Part shown: in pieces, positions 1 through 9,452 of the stretch
Position numbering within the stretch: the first letter of the stretch is position 1
How the letters are laid out: each line of letters begins with the position of its first letter
Assembly: GCA_963662465.1 (NCBI GenBank)
Contig: OY759599.1
Coordinates: 672,001-736,000 of the forward strand
Direction: 5' to 3'
From: Desulfatiglandales bacterium
Lineage (GTDB): Bacteria > Desulfobacterota > DSM-4660 > Desulfatiglandales > Desulfatiglandaceae
Length of the DNA stretch: 64,000 bases
Program-made: the position numbers and the translations under genes
The notes under the pieces: model-generated
The model's database searches: none
Told to the model about the DNA's origin: nothing
Seen by the model: only the letters and a program-made list of their open reading frames with translations

Positions 1-1330
1 TAAGCGGCATCCCTTCACCATGAAGGTCAAACTGGCGGCCGACAAGGACGGACATTTGACTGCATACGCCAATGATTTCGTTGTGGAAAACGGGGCCTAC
101 ATGATTCTGGGCCTCATCGTTGTGAACCGCGCCCTCGACATGCTCTCGGGCGCCTACAACATCCCCAATATTGACACGTTGGCAAGACTGGTTTACACCA
201 ATAACCCGGCAGGCGGGGCTGCCAGAGGCGCCGGGCCGCCTCAGGTGAACTTTGCCTTGGAATCGGCCATGGATATGCTGGCGGACAAACTGGGGATCGA
301 TCCCTTGGAATTCCGTGTTAAAAACTCTCTCATGCCCGGCCAGAGCGTGTCCACCGGGGCGGTGGTGGAGCAGTGGACTTTCCCGGAGATCTGCGAACTC
401 ATAAGGCCCCATTACGAGCGGGCCAAAAAGGAGGCCTCTGCTTTCAAGGATGGCCCCATCAAACGGGGTGTGGGTCTCGGCGCCCATTCCTTCGGTGTCG
501 GTGGGCCCGGGGACGCGGCCCAGGTGGCCGTCGAATTGGACCCGGATAACGGCGTCACCATCTTCGCCGCAGCAGCGGATCCGGGTGAAGGAAATGATTC
601 CATGCTGACCCAGATCGCCGCACATATCCTTGATTTGCCCATGGAGAAAATCCGCCTGGTGACCCGGAATACGGATCAGACCACTGAAACCGGACCGGCA
701 GCCGGAAGCCGCATCACCTACATGGTGGGCGGCGCTCTGGTGAATGCCCTTGAGCAATTGCGGGAGAATATGGTAGAGGCAGGCGACTCAACCCATGAGG
801 GGCTGAAAAAGGCAAACAAACCCATCCGCTATATGGGAACAAAGGCTGTGTCCGGAGGACAGCTTGATCCGGAAACCGGCCAGGGGCCCACCTTTGAGTC
901 CCAGGTCCATAATATCCAGATGGCTGAGGTGGAGGTCAACACCGAGACGGGAAATGTTCGTGTGATCAAAATGACCACGGCGGTGGACCCGGGACCGGTG
1001 ATCAATCCTCTGAATCTGGAAGGTCAACTTGAAGGCGGGATGGACCAGGGGGTGGGATACGCTTTAAGGGAGGAATATGTCAGCGGCAAAACCAAAGACT
1101 GGGTGTCTTTTAAGTATCCCACCATGAAGACCGCTTTTGACATGGAAATCGTTACCCCCCTGGAAACGCCTCGAACCAAGGGAACCCTCGGTTCAACGGG
1201 CATCGGCGAGATGACCATGGTGTCGACGGCGCCCGCGGTCATCAATGCCATCAAGGACGCCTGCGGTGTCAGGATCCGCAACTTGCCGGCTACGCCGGAA
1301 AAGATCAAGGCTGCCCTGGCCGAGGGATAA
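1..1330 (+). CDS. Molybdopterin-dependent aldehyde oxidoreductase / xanthine dehydrogenase family, Mo-binding C-terminal part (5' end outside window)
   Basis: Frame open from base 2 (KRHPFTMKVK...); motifs ARGAGPPQ, AGSRITY, GQLEGG, GIGEMT typical of Mop/XDH Mo-cofactor domain. Confidence 0.9.
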   Translation, partial: KRHPFTMKVKLAADKDGHLTAYANDFVVENGAYMILGLIVVNRALDMLSGAYNIPNIDTLARLVYTNNPAGGAARGAGPPQVNFALESAMDMLADKLGIDPLEFRVKNSLMPGQSVSTGAVVEQWTFPEICELIRPHYERAKKEASAFKDGPIKRGVGLGAHSFGVGGPGDAAQVAVELDPDNGVTIFAAAADPGEGNDSMLTQIAAHILDLPMEKIRLVTRNTDQTTETGPAAGSRITYMVGGALVNALEQLRENMVEAGDSTHEGLKKANKPIRYMGTKAVSGGQLDPETGQGPTFESQVHNIQMAEVEVNTETGNVRVIKMTTAVDPGPVINPLNLEGQLEGGMDQGVGYALREEYVSGKTKDWVSFKYPTMKTAFDMEIVTPLETPRTKGTLGSTGIGEMTMVSTAPAVINAIKDACGVRIRNLPATPEKIKAALAEG

Positions 1331-1338
1331 AGGTGTAA

Positions 1339-1809
1339 ATGGAAGGATCTCAAGGTTCCAAGCCCCTCTCCAGTCACTCCAACCGCGAGGTTCGGGTGAT
1401 GGCGGGGAGGGAAATTTACTTTGACAAGGAAGGATTCCTGTGGCAGATTGAGCATAACTCGGTTCTTCGACCCCTGTATCACCTTTGGCAGCAAGGCTTG
1501 ATAACATACGATCTGGTGCCCTTCGATGGTAGGGGCTTTGTTGACCCAAACGATATTGCCAAGGCCATAAAACCCCATACGAAGCTGGTGATCGTGTGCC
1601 ATGCCTCCAACGTGCTGGGAACCATCCAGCCCATAGCCGAAATCGGTCTGCTTTGCGCGGAAAAGGGGGTGCCCCTGCTGGTGGATGCGGCGCAGAGCGC
1701 GGGGGTGATCCCCATTGATATGGCTGCCTGGAAAATCGCAGCCGTTGCCTTACAACGCTGGAAGCCATGGCCGAAATCGACTGTTCTCAAAATTATTAGT
1801 GCCAAATGA
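1339..1809 (+). pseudogene. Chimeric remnant: TusE/DsrC-like N-terminus joined to a central fragment of a class V aminotransferase/cysteine desulfurase
   Basis: GREIYFDKEGFL then EHNSVLRPL, HASNVLGT, VDAAQSAG; ends before the PLP-lysine (xGHK) motif. Confidence 0.7.
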
Positions 1810-2030
1810 AACCATCAGGAAAGATCGGCTCATCCGGGAGATTTTTTAGCGACCTCTAACTGCCGCGAAAACGGCCTATCCCGTTTTTTTTGTAGTGAAT
1901 CCCCAGCTTTTTCATCCTGCTTCTGAGGGTATTTGAGAGGAACCTGATCCTTTACGAACTCTATCAAGAGCTGTAAGAAGTCGTTTTGCATTTTTAGGTG
2001 ACCGCGGGTAACGTCAGCTGGAAACACTCA

Positions 2031-2372
2031 TTATGTTTCTTCATATACGCAAGCGTCAAGGATTATCAGTACTTGGTTCAAGGTCTCATCTGGCGATTTC
2101 TCAATAAATTTTATTTTACGCTTCTTGAAATCAACTGATTTTACTTGTTCAACCATAATGAAACCAGTCAGCGATGAATTTTGGGGGACAGCAACGTGAA
2201 AAGGAAAATCTCTACTTGTGTTTGTGATGGGGCAAACAATGGCTAAACCAGTGTGTTGATTAAAAAGTGTATTGCTTAAAACCAAAGCTGGTCTTCTTCC
2301 TTTTTGTTCATGACCTGATTGAGGATCGAATGTTAAAATCACAAAATCACCCTTTTGTGGAATATACGCCAT
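2031..2372 (-). CDS. mazF: Type II toxin, PemK/MazF family endoribonuclease
   Basis: FDPQSGHEQKGRRPALVLS, CPIT, EQVKSVD motifs; ATG overlaps antitoxin stop. Confidence 0.92.
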   Translation of the reverse strand: MAYIPQKGDFVILTFDPQSGHEQKGRRPALVLSNTLFNQHTGLAIVCPITNTSRDFPFHVAVPQNSSLTGFIMVEQVKSVDFKKRKIKFIEKSPDETLNQVLIILDACVYEET

Positions 2373-2620
2373 TACCACTCCTCTTTTCCAAGTGGTTTAC
2401 CCCAGTCAACTTCTTGTGTTTTATAATTTTTGGGTATTTTTTTAACCAATGTTTTTAAACTAATTTTTCCTCTGACCCGTTTGACTGGCGCAATGATAAT
2501 TTTTCCCTCTTGAGAATAAACTTCGACTTCATCTCCAATTGAGGATTGAACCTCATCCAAAACTACTTTGGGAATTCTAAGACCTTGACTATTGCCCCAT
2601 TTTTGAATTTTTGTGTGCAT
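2372..2620 (-). CDS. mazE: Type II antitoxin, AbrB/MazE family
   Basis: KIQKWGNSQGLRIPK N-terminus and EVDWGKPLGKEEW C-terminus. Confidence 0.92.
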   Translation of the reverse strand: MHTKIQKWGNSQGLRIPKVVLDEVQSSIGDEVEVYSQEGKIIIAPVKRVRGKISLKTLVKKIPKNYKTQEVDWGKPLGKEEW

Positions 2621-2640
2621 GTTGCCTCCATTGATTTGAT

Positions 2641-2679
2641 GTATATCCCAAGTATATCCATGTGAAAATAGTAAAGCAA
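2641..2679 (-). promoter_or_regulatory. sigma70 promoter of mazEF with overlapping direct-repeat operator
   Basis: Minus strand TTGCTT-17 bp-TATACT (2679..2651); GTATATCC repeated at 2641-2648 and 2652-2659. Confidence 0.65.
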
Positions 2680-2695
2680 GTTAAAGTAGAAATGG

Positions 2696-3162
2696 GTGCA
2701 ATTTTCTGTAGATGAAAGCATTCGAGTGATTCTTTTGACCGGGGCCGGGAAAGGCTTTTGTGCCGGCGCCGACATGGATGAGCTGAAAAATGCTCCAAAT
2801 GATAAATCGATTTCCGCTGACAAAGACGGAAAGGCGGCCGCGGAACACCAGGTCTCGACCCTCATGAGGACAAAAACGGAAGAGGCGTTAGATTCTGACG
2901 AAGCGCTGAGCATGGGGCTGGTGAACAGGGTATTTCCCACGGACGGCTTTATGGCATATACCTCCCAATTGGCGGAAACGGTTTCTCCCCGTTCTCTCCG
3001 GGTCATAAAAGGGCAGGTCTACAACGGATTGTTCCAGAGCCTTGCCAAGGCATGTGAACAGGCCGATGAAGAATTGCTGTTGAGCTTGAAGTCCGAGGAC
3101 TTTCAGGAGGGAGTCGCTCACTTTTTTTAGAAAAAAGGCCCCCGAAATTTACCGGAAAATAG
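2696..3162 (+). pseudogene. Enoyl-CoA hydratase/isomerase remnant (no N-terminus, internal deletion, terminal frameshift)
   Basis: LTGAGKGFCAGAD and GLVNRV present but the central AAxNG..GGG core is missing; C-terminal EKRPPKFTGK* lies in another frame after the T run at 3122-3128. Confidence 0.75.
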
Positions 3163-3256
3163 GCTGGTTGCGCATCCAAAAGCCCTTCGCCCATATTATT
3201 TAATCAGAATTTGTTGAACATCATCTAAAAAAAATAAAAATGGGAGTAAAAAAAGA

Positions 3257-3310
3257 TTGACAACTCATGCGTAACCTTTTATCCTTCTTAAAAATAAAAC
3301 GACCATTCGA
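3257..3310 (+). promoter_or_regulatory. sigma70 promoter plus putative TetR operator
   Basis: TTGACA(3257)-17 bp-TATCCT(3280); CGACCATTCG at 3300-3309. Confidence 0.6.
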
Positions 3311-3400
3311 ATTATGGTGATTTTCTCAAGAATCATTTTCTTTCTGAAGTATGTGAAAAATATGCCTGAATCGGAAATGATTTGAATTCTGGAAAGATGA

Positions 3401-4117
3401 ATGGAAGCGGATTGTTCGTCTTTGTTTCAGAGGATAATGGTGGCAACTTCAAAAGAGGAATCCTTTTTAAGGCGGTGGGAAGGGCACATTGAGGAATTGA
3501 TCAATGTGTCGGCCAAAAAGCCTCAGGCCATCGAAGCAAAACATCAAAAGATCGTCGAAGGGGCCTGCCGGGTTTTTTTTAAGAAGGGGTTTCACCCCGC
3601 ATCCATGAGGGAGATCGCTGAGGCCTCCGGAATGTCCATGGGGCAGATGTACCATTACATTTCTTCAAAGGATGACGTCCTCTTTTTAATTCATCGGCAC
3701 ATGCAAATCAGCTGGTATCGGCGGTTGATGGGCGCAAAGATTGAAGATATGCAAGACCCTACAAAGAAAATGGCGATGGCGCTGCACGCTTCCATTGATT
3801 TCCTGATTGAGCAAAAGGATTTGATTCAGTTTATCTATTCGGAAAGCAAATACCTGAGCAAAGAGCATTTGCGGGTCGTGCTGGAGATGGACGACAAAAA
3901 TGTGGTGGAATATTGGCGTGATATTCTGAAGAGCGTTTTGGAACAGCAGGGGTTGAAGGCGGATGTGGAATCGGCTGCCAACCTTATTAGTTATATGCTC
4001 GTATTTTTTCCGCTCAGGGGCTGGAATATGAAAAGCAGGCCCATTAAGGAAGTGGAAACGTTCATGACGGACTTTATGTTCAAGGGGCTTGGACTTTCCG
4101 CTTCATGGCCGGAATAA
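3401..4117 (+). CDS. TetR/AcrR family transcriptional regulator
   Basis: FFKKGFHPASMREIAEASGMSMGQMYHYISSKDDVL HTH; start uncertain. Confidence 0.88.
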   Translation: MEADCSSLFQRIMVATSKEESFLRRWEGHIEELINVSAKKPQAIEAKHQKIVEGACRVFFKKGFHPASMREIAEASGMSMGQMYHYISSKDDVLFLIHRHMQISWYRRLMGAKIEDMQDPTKKMAMALHASIDFLIEQKDLIQFIYSESKYLSKEHLRVVLEMDDKNVVEYWRDILKSVLEQQGLKADVESAANLISYMLVFFPLRGWNMKSRPIKEVETFMTDFMFKGLGLSASWPE

Positions 4118-4169
4118 AACGGTAAATCAAAGGTGCCATGAAGCGGATCGGGGTGGTATGAAAATAAAG

Positions 4170-4179
4170 CGATTGGTCG
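4170..4179. promoter_or_regulatory. Putative TetR operator upstream of the beta-oxidation operon
   Basis: CGATTGGTCG; its reverse complement matches the site at 3300 in 9/10 positions; both are preceded by AAAATAAA. Confidence 0.5.
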
Positions 4180-4237
4180 AAATATTTATTAAGAGTTTAA
4201 ATATATAAACGCATTTGTATTTGAATGAGGGTCATTC

Positions 4238-5008
4238 ATGGGCATTACGGAATCAACTCAAGGCAGGCAAACACGGGTGTTGACCATTGACAGGCCGCCG
4301 GTCAACGCTCTGGACGATGAAACGGTTATGGAATTGACGAAAGCCGTTGAAATCGCCATGCGGGATTCGGAGGTGAGGGTTTTGGTGATTACCGGTGCGG
4401 GCAGGTTTTTTGTAGCCGGCGCGGATCTGGAAAGGCTGGCGGCCTGCAAGCGGGAAGAAGGGCGGCAAACGGTATCCCGCGTCAAGGCGCTTCAATCGCT
4501 TTTGAGGAATGGCCCGAAGCCGGTGATTGCGGCACTGAACGGGCTGGCGGCTGGCGGTGGGCTTGAGCTGGCCATGGCATGCGACATTCGCATTGCCGAT
4601 AAAGAAGCGGGAATGGGACTGCCCGAAGCGACACTGGGAGTTATTCCGGGGGCCGGCGGCACCCAGATGCTGCCCCGGCTGGTGGGTATGGGAAAGGCGT
4701 TGGAATTGATGTTTTCAGGCCAGGTCATATCGCCAAAAGAGGCATTGGCCCTGGGGCTTGTGGATCGTCTTGCGGAGGCGGGAAAGGTTTTGGAAGAAGC
4801 GTTAAAACTCGCTGAAAAAATAGCCGGGAACGCGCCTCTTGCGCTTGCTGAAATCAAACAGGCGGCTTACGACACGCAGAAATTTTCACTTGAAGAAGGG
4901 TTGAAACGGGAGACGGAACGGTTTGCGAAACTGTGCGACAGTGAAGACAAAAACGAAGGCATCCGTGCCTTTATGGCTAGACGGTCGGCCCAATTCAAAG
5001 GCTGTTAA
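4238..5008 (+). CDS. Enoyl-CoA hydratase (crotonase family)
   Basis: FVAGAD, AALNGLAAGGGLELAMACD, PEATLGVIPGAGGTQ. Confidence 0.93.
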   Translation: MGITESTQGRQTRVLTIDRPPVNALDDETVMELTKAVEIAMRDSEVRVLVITGAGRFFVAGADLERLAACKREEGRQTVSRVKALQSLLRNGPKPVIAALNGLAAGGGLELAMACDIRIADKEAGMGLPEATLGVIPGAGGTQMLPRLVGMGKALELMFSGQVISPKEALALGLVDRLAEAGKVLEEALKLAEKIAGNAPLALAEIKQAAYDTQKFSLEEGLKRETERFAKLCDSEDKNEGIRAFMARRSAQFKGC

Positions 5009-5092
5009 TCCGGTCTTGATCATTGTTCCGGAACCATTGGGTTGGGGATTTTGGAAAACCCATTACACTAAAAATAAGGATAGGACAAGGAT

Positions 5093-6286
5093 ATGAGCGA
5101 TCAAAAAAATGAGCCGGTCATTGTATCGGCGGTGCGGACGCCCATTGGGGATTTCGGTGGAAGTCTTCGGTCGGTGTTACATGAGCAATTGGCCGTTACG
5201 GTGCTGAAGGCGGTCTGCGAGCGGGTGGATTTCCCCAAAGAAATTCTGGAGGACGTTTACTGGGGTACGGTGATGGTCCGAAGCGATGAAAACGGCCTGG
5301 CCCGGGGCGCGGTTTTAAAAGCGGGCATTCCCGAGTACGTATCGGCGGTTCAGGTGAACCGGGCCTGCTGTTCCTCCATGGAAGCCATCCGTATCGCGTC
5401 CATGGGCGTTCGTCTGGGTGACGGGAAAGTCTATATTGCCGGTGGCGGGGAGAGCATGAGCAATGTGTCCTACAGCATCAAGAATGCCCGATGGGGCCTG
5501 CGCATGCGGCATCAGGAGCTGTCCGACGGTATATGGGACGGGTTGTTCGACCATCATGCCGGTTTGATCATGGGTATGACCGCGGAAAATGTGGCCGAGA
5601 AATACGGCATCTCCCGTGAGGACCAGGATGAATTTGCCTATACCAGCCAGATGCGCGCCAAGAAAGCCATGGAAACGGGACGGTTCAAGGATGAGATCGT
5701 ACCGGTGGTCATTCCGGGGAAAAGGGGGAAGCCGGACGTGGTGGTGGACACGGACGAGCATCCCAGGCCGAATACCACCATGGAAATGCTGAGATCCCTG
5801 CCGCCGGCATTCAAAAAGGACGGCACTGTGACCGCCGGCAATTCATCAGGACTCAACGACGGCGCCAGCGCCGTGCTGGTGGTTTCAAAAGAGGTGGCGG
5901 ACGAACATGAAATGAAGCGGCAATGGCGGGTTGTGGGTTCCGCCGCCGTGGGTGTGGATCCCCGCTATATGGGTATCAGTCCCATCTATGCCATTCGAAA
6001 ACTGCTCAAGCAGACCGGTCTTTCCCTAGACGATATGGAGCTGTTTGAAATTAACGAAGCCTTTGCGGCGCCATCCCTGGCCGTTGAGCGGGAGCTGGGG
6101 TTGAACCGGGACATGGTCAATGTCAACGGGAGCGGAATTGCCCTGGGGCATCCCATCGGCAATACCGGGTGCCGGCTGGTGGTCAGCCTGATTCACGAAA
6201 TGGAAAAACGGGACCTGCATCTTGGAATGGCCTCCCTGTGCGGTGGTGGCGGCAGCGGTCAGGCCATTATTGTCGAACGGGTCTAA
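5093..6286 (+). CDS. Acetyl-CoA C-acyltransferase (thiolase)
   Basis: NRACCSS, NEAF, GHPIGNTG, CGGGG motifs. Confidence 0.94.
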   Translation: MSDQKNEPVIVSAVRTPIGDFGGSLRSVLHEQLAVTVLKAVCERVDFPKEILEDVYWGTVMVRSDENGLARGAVLKAGIPEYVSAVQVNRACCSSMEAIRIASMGVRLGDGKVYIAGGGESMSNVSYSIKNARWGLRMRHQELSDGIWDGLFDHHAGLIMGMTAENVAEKYGISREDQDEFAYTSQMRAKKAMETGRFKDEIVPVVIPGKRGKPDVVVDTDEHPRPNTTMEMLRSLPPAFKKDGTVTAGNSSGLNDGASAVLVVSKEVADEHEMKRQWRVVGSAAVGVDPRYMGISPIYAIRKLLKQTGLSLDDMELFEINEAFAAPSLAVERELGLNRDMVNVNGSGIALGHPIGNTGCRLVVSLIHEMEKRDLHLGMASLCGGGGSGQAIIVERV

Positions 6287-6302
6287 AATGAAAGGAGTAT
6301 CC

Positions 6303-7163
6303 ATGGATATCCCGAAAAAAGTCGGCGTTCTGGGCGCTGGCATGATGGGCTCGGAAATTGCGCTCTGCTTCGCCGTTGCCGGTTGCGATGTCGCCATGAA
6401 GGAAGCGGAACTGCCTCTGGCGGAAAAAGGAAAAGCAAGGCTCGGGAAAGTGCTGGATAAAGCGGTTCAAAAGGGGCGATTTCCAGCCGACCGGCAGCAG
6501 GAAACCCTGAACCGCATTATCCCTACTGCGGATTACGATTCCTTTGGGGATGCGGATTTGGTGATCGAAGCGGTTTTTGAAGACGTTGAGCTGAAAAAAA
6601 GGCTTCTGGCTGAGACAGACCGAGCCTGCGGACCAACATGTGTCATGGCAACCAATACTTCCTCCATTCCCATTACCCTGCTGGCCACGGCCGTTTCCAA
6701 GGATCGAAGGCCTCTTTTTGCCGGCGCGCATTTCTTTGCGCCGGCATTCATCATGAAGCTGGTGGAGGTGATTCCCGGTCTGGAAACAACCGATGAAACC
6801 CTTTCATACCTCATGGAAGCCTGTCGCATGATCGAAAAGACGCCCATTCTCATCAAGGATACGGCGGGTTTTGTGGCCAACCGTCTGCTGTTCGCCATGT
6901 TCGGAGAAGCGGTCCGTCTCGTGGATGAGGGGGTGGCCACTTGCGAAGACATTGATTCCGCCTGCCGTCTGGGATTGGGGCATCCTTTGGGTCCCTTTGC
7001 CCTCATGGATATGGCCGATCTGGGAATGGCCCTGTCCGTCGGAGATATTCTGAAGGAGGCCCACGGGGACCGGTTTCGATTTGGAAACGCCCTGAAACAA
7101 AGGGTGTATGCGGGCCATCTGGGCAGAAAAACCGGTCGCGGGTGGTATTACTACAAATCATAA
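6303..7163 (+). CDS. 3-hydroxyacyl-CoA dehydrogenase
   Basis: GAGMMG Rossmann motif, TNTSS, HFFAP, GRKTGRGWY; RBS AAGGAG before ATG 6303. Confidence 0.93.
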   Translation: MDIPKKVGVLGAGMMGSEIALCFAVAGCDVAMKEAELPLAEKGKARLGKVLDKAVQKGRFPADRQQETLNRIIPTADYDSFGDADLVIEAVFEDVELKKRLLAETDRACGPTCVMATNTSSIPITLLATAVSKDRRPLFAGAHFFAPAFIMKLVEVIPGLETTDETLSYLMEACRMIEKTPILIKDTAGFVANRLLFAMFGEAVRLVDEGVATCEDIDSACRLGLGHPLGPFALMDMADLGMALSVGDILKEAHGDRFRFGNALKQRVYAGHLGRKTGRGWYYYKS

Positions 7164-7193
7164 TTTTTTTGATGGTAGAGAAAGGGAAAGAAA

Positions 7194-8363
7194 ATGGATT
7201 TTAATTTGACCCGTGAACAACGGGAAATAAAGATGGCCGCAAGGGAGTTCGCTGAAGGGGAATTTCGAGATGTGGCTAGAGAGTGCGACAGGGAAGAGAA
7301 AACCAACCTGGAAGTGATGAAAAAGGCCTCGGAATTGGGTTTTATCGGACTGTTCATCGATGAACAATATGGCGGGGGCGGGTACGGATATCTTGAAAAT
7401 GCTCTGGTGACCGAAGAGTTCTGGCGGGTTGATCCGGGTTTGGCCGGATCTACCCTGTGCGCCTGTTTCGGAGCGGAAATGATCTTGCTTTTTGGAACGG
7501 AAGAACAGAAACAGAAGTATTTGACAGCCATATGCGAAGGTAAGGCCACCAGTGCCGTGGCGGCCACGGAGCCCGATGCCGGGAGCGATGTACTCTCGGT
7601 AACCACCCGCGCCGAAAAAAGGGAAGACGGTTATGTGGTAAACGGCAGCAAGATGTTCATCAGCAACGGGAACATCGCTGATTTTTTTATAGCCCTCTGT
7701 CTGACCAACCCGGATGCGGAATCCAGGCACGAGCGGCACAGCGTCTTTATCATTGATGCCAACACGCCCGGAATCACCCGAAACAAGATCAAAGGAAAAC
7801 TCGGCATCCGGGCACACGATACGGCGGAAATATTTTTCAGCGACGTAAAGGTGCCCGCTGAAAATCTGGTGGGGAAGGAGGGAGAAGGGTTTCGGTGTTT
7901 CATGGCTTTTTTTAACCGATCCAGATCCTATGTGGCGGCCCAGGGCGTGGGCGTGGCCCAGGGCGCCCTGGAACTGGCGCTGAAACACGTAAAGGCTCGG
8001 AAACAGTTTGGAGTGCCTTTGGCGTCCTTTCAGATGGTGCAGGGAAAGCTGGCGGAAATGGCGACTCTCACCGAAGCGGCCAGGAATTTGGTGTACAAGG
8101 CCGCCTGGAAACTGGATAACGGCGATCCCCAGGAGATGCTCATTTCCATGGCCAAATGGTTTGCCGGGGAAACCGGGGTGAAAGTGGTGGACGAGTCCCT
8201 TCAGCTCCATGGCGGATATGGGTATATGGATGAATATGATATCAGCCGCTTTTATCGCGATGCGAAAATCGTGGAAATATATGAAGGCTCAAAGGAAATT
8301 GAAAAGCTGATTGTGGCGAAGCAACTGTTGAAAGGAAAAGGCCTTAAGATTTTGGGCTGGTAA
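7194..8363 (+). CDS. Acyl-CoA dehydrogenase
   Basis: TEPDAGSD, NGSKMFISNG, RKQFG, HGGYGY, IYEGS. Confidence 0.95.
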   Translation: MDFNLTREQREIKMAAREFAEGEFRDVARECDREEKTNLEVMKKASELGFIGLFIDEQYGGGGYGYLENALVTEEFWRVDPGLAGSTLCACFGAEMILLFGTEEQKQKYLTAICEGKATSAVAATEPDAGSDVLSVTTRAEKREDGYVVNGSKMFISNGNIADFFIALCLTNPDAESRHERHSVFIIDANTPGITRNKIKGKLGIRAHDTAEIFFSDVKVPAENLVGKEGEGFRCFMAFFNRSRSYVAAQGVGVAQGALELALKHVKARKQFGVPLASFQMVQGKLAEMATLTEAARNLVYKAAWKLDNGDPQEMLISMAKWFAGETGVKVVDESLQLHGGYGYMDEYDISRFYRDAKIVEIYEGSKEIEKLIVAKQLLKGKGLKILGW

Positions 8364-8456
8364 ATCTTCTAAATATTGGGTTGATTTTTGTACCCTTCCT
8401 ATTTCTTCAGGCCTATTGGGTATCCGCTCCGCGGTAGATTTCGGGTAGTTTTTGTC

Positions 8457-8502
8457 TTGACAACCCATGTTCTTTGCCATAGCGTGGACTGGGAGGTCGG
8501 TC
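8457..8502 (+). promoter_or_regulatory. sigma70 promoter and operator of the second tetR
   Basis: TTGACA(8457)-17 bp-TAGCGT(8480) followed by GACTGGGAGGTCGGTC (8487-8502). Confidence 0.6.
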
Positions 8503-8541
8503 AATGATTTCTCTGAAACTTTTAGCAATAGAAAATGGGCT

Positions 8542-9168
8542 ATGAAAAGAAAAAATGATGATGTGAAAGAAAAGATCCTTCAGGAAAGTATAAAACTTTT
8601 CCTCAATAAAGGCTTCTCGGGTTCGAGTACAAATGAATTGGTTCGTTTGGCTGGTGTGGGTAAGGGTACGTTATATTGGCATTTCAAGGATAAGGAAGAT
8701 ATCCTTCGTAACATCCTTGACAGATATTGCGATGAGTTTCTTGATGTGGCCAGGAGGAAAGCGAATGTTGCCACTGGATACTTTCCCAATAAATTCAAAG
8801 TCTTCTATAAATTCATCACTGAATTCGGCCGTGACAACAGGGAGCTGCTATTGGTATTCACGGCGTTGCTGATCGAATTTGCAGGTACCGGTTGTGATAT
8901 GGAAAAACGGATGAAGGAAATTAACAACGAATTTAATGTGATCATTCAAGAATTGATAGAAGGCGGAATCCAGGATGGAACCGTGAGAAAGGAGATCAAT
9001 CCCGTACTTTACGCGCATTTCATTTCAGGGGCCTTAATGGGGTCGCATCTTCAATGGTTTCTCTACCTCTCTTCGTATGAGAACGACCCCGTATATAACA
9101 GGCAGCATGCGATCATTCAGCGAGATGAATTGCTGAAGATTCTGTTGTGTGGACATTCGTACGAATAA
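8542..9168 (+). CDS. TetR/AcrR family transcriptional regulator
   Basis: LFLNKGFSGSSTNELVRLAGVGKGTLYWHFKDKEDIL HTH; ATG 8542 lies downstream of the predicted promoter. Confidence 0.9.
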   Translation: MKRKNDDVKEKILQESIKLFLNKGFSGSSTNELVRLAGVGKGTLYWHFKDKEDILRNILDRYCDEFLDVARRKANVATGYFPNKFKVFYKFITEFGRDNRELLLVFTALLIEFAGTGCDMEKRMKEINNEFNVIIQELIEGGIQDGTVRKEINPVLYAHFISGALMGSHLQWFLYLSSYENDPVYNRQHAIIQRDELLKILLCGHSYE

Positions 9169-9254
9169 GCTCAGATTTTTTATCTCAGTTGGTTAGAAAT
9201 TAAAAGCGAGAACGTCGCTATAAGGACGCATGGGAGTTATTTTCCTATTTACTA

Positions 9255-9270
9255 GACCGGGCGGTCAGTC
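9255..9270. promoter_or_regulatory. Putative TetR operator upstream of the second catabolic block
   Basis: GACCGGGCGGTCAGTC, 13/16 identical to 8487-8502. Confidence 0.55.
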
Positions 9271-9452
9271 CATTCATGTTCGTGGCATAAATACTATTAA
9301 AAATAAGTTAAGATATGTAATATATGTTTAAATATAATGTAAAAAGAAAGGAGGTGCTGAAAATTAATCATCATGTGTAAATTTGATTAATATTATTTAA
9401 TTTTTAATAAAATTATGTCTTAAAAAACTAAATAAGAAAGGCAGGTTCATTT

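Noticed and set aside
1830..2027. 65-aa ORF downstream of mazF as a third TA component
   Set aside because: No recognisable family or clear RBS; it lies in a debris region.
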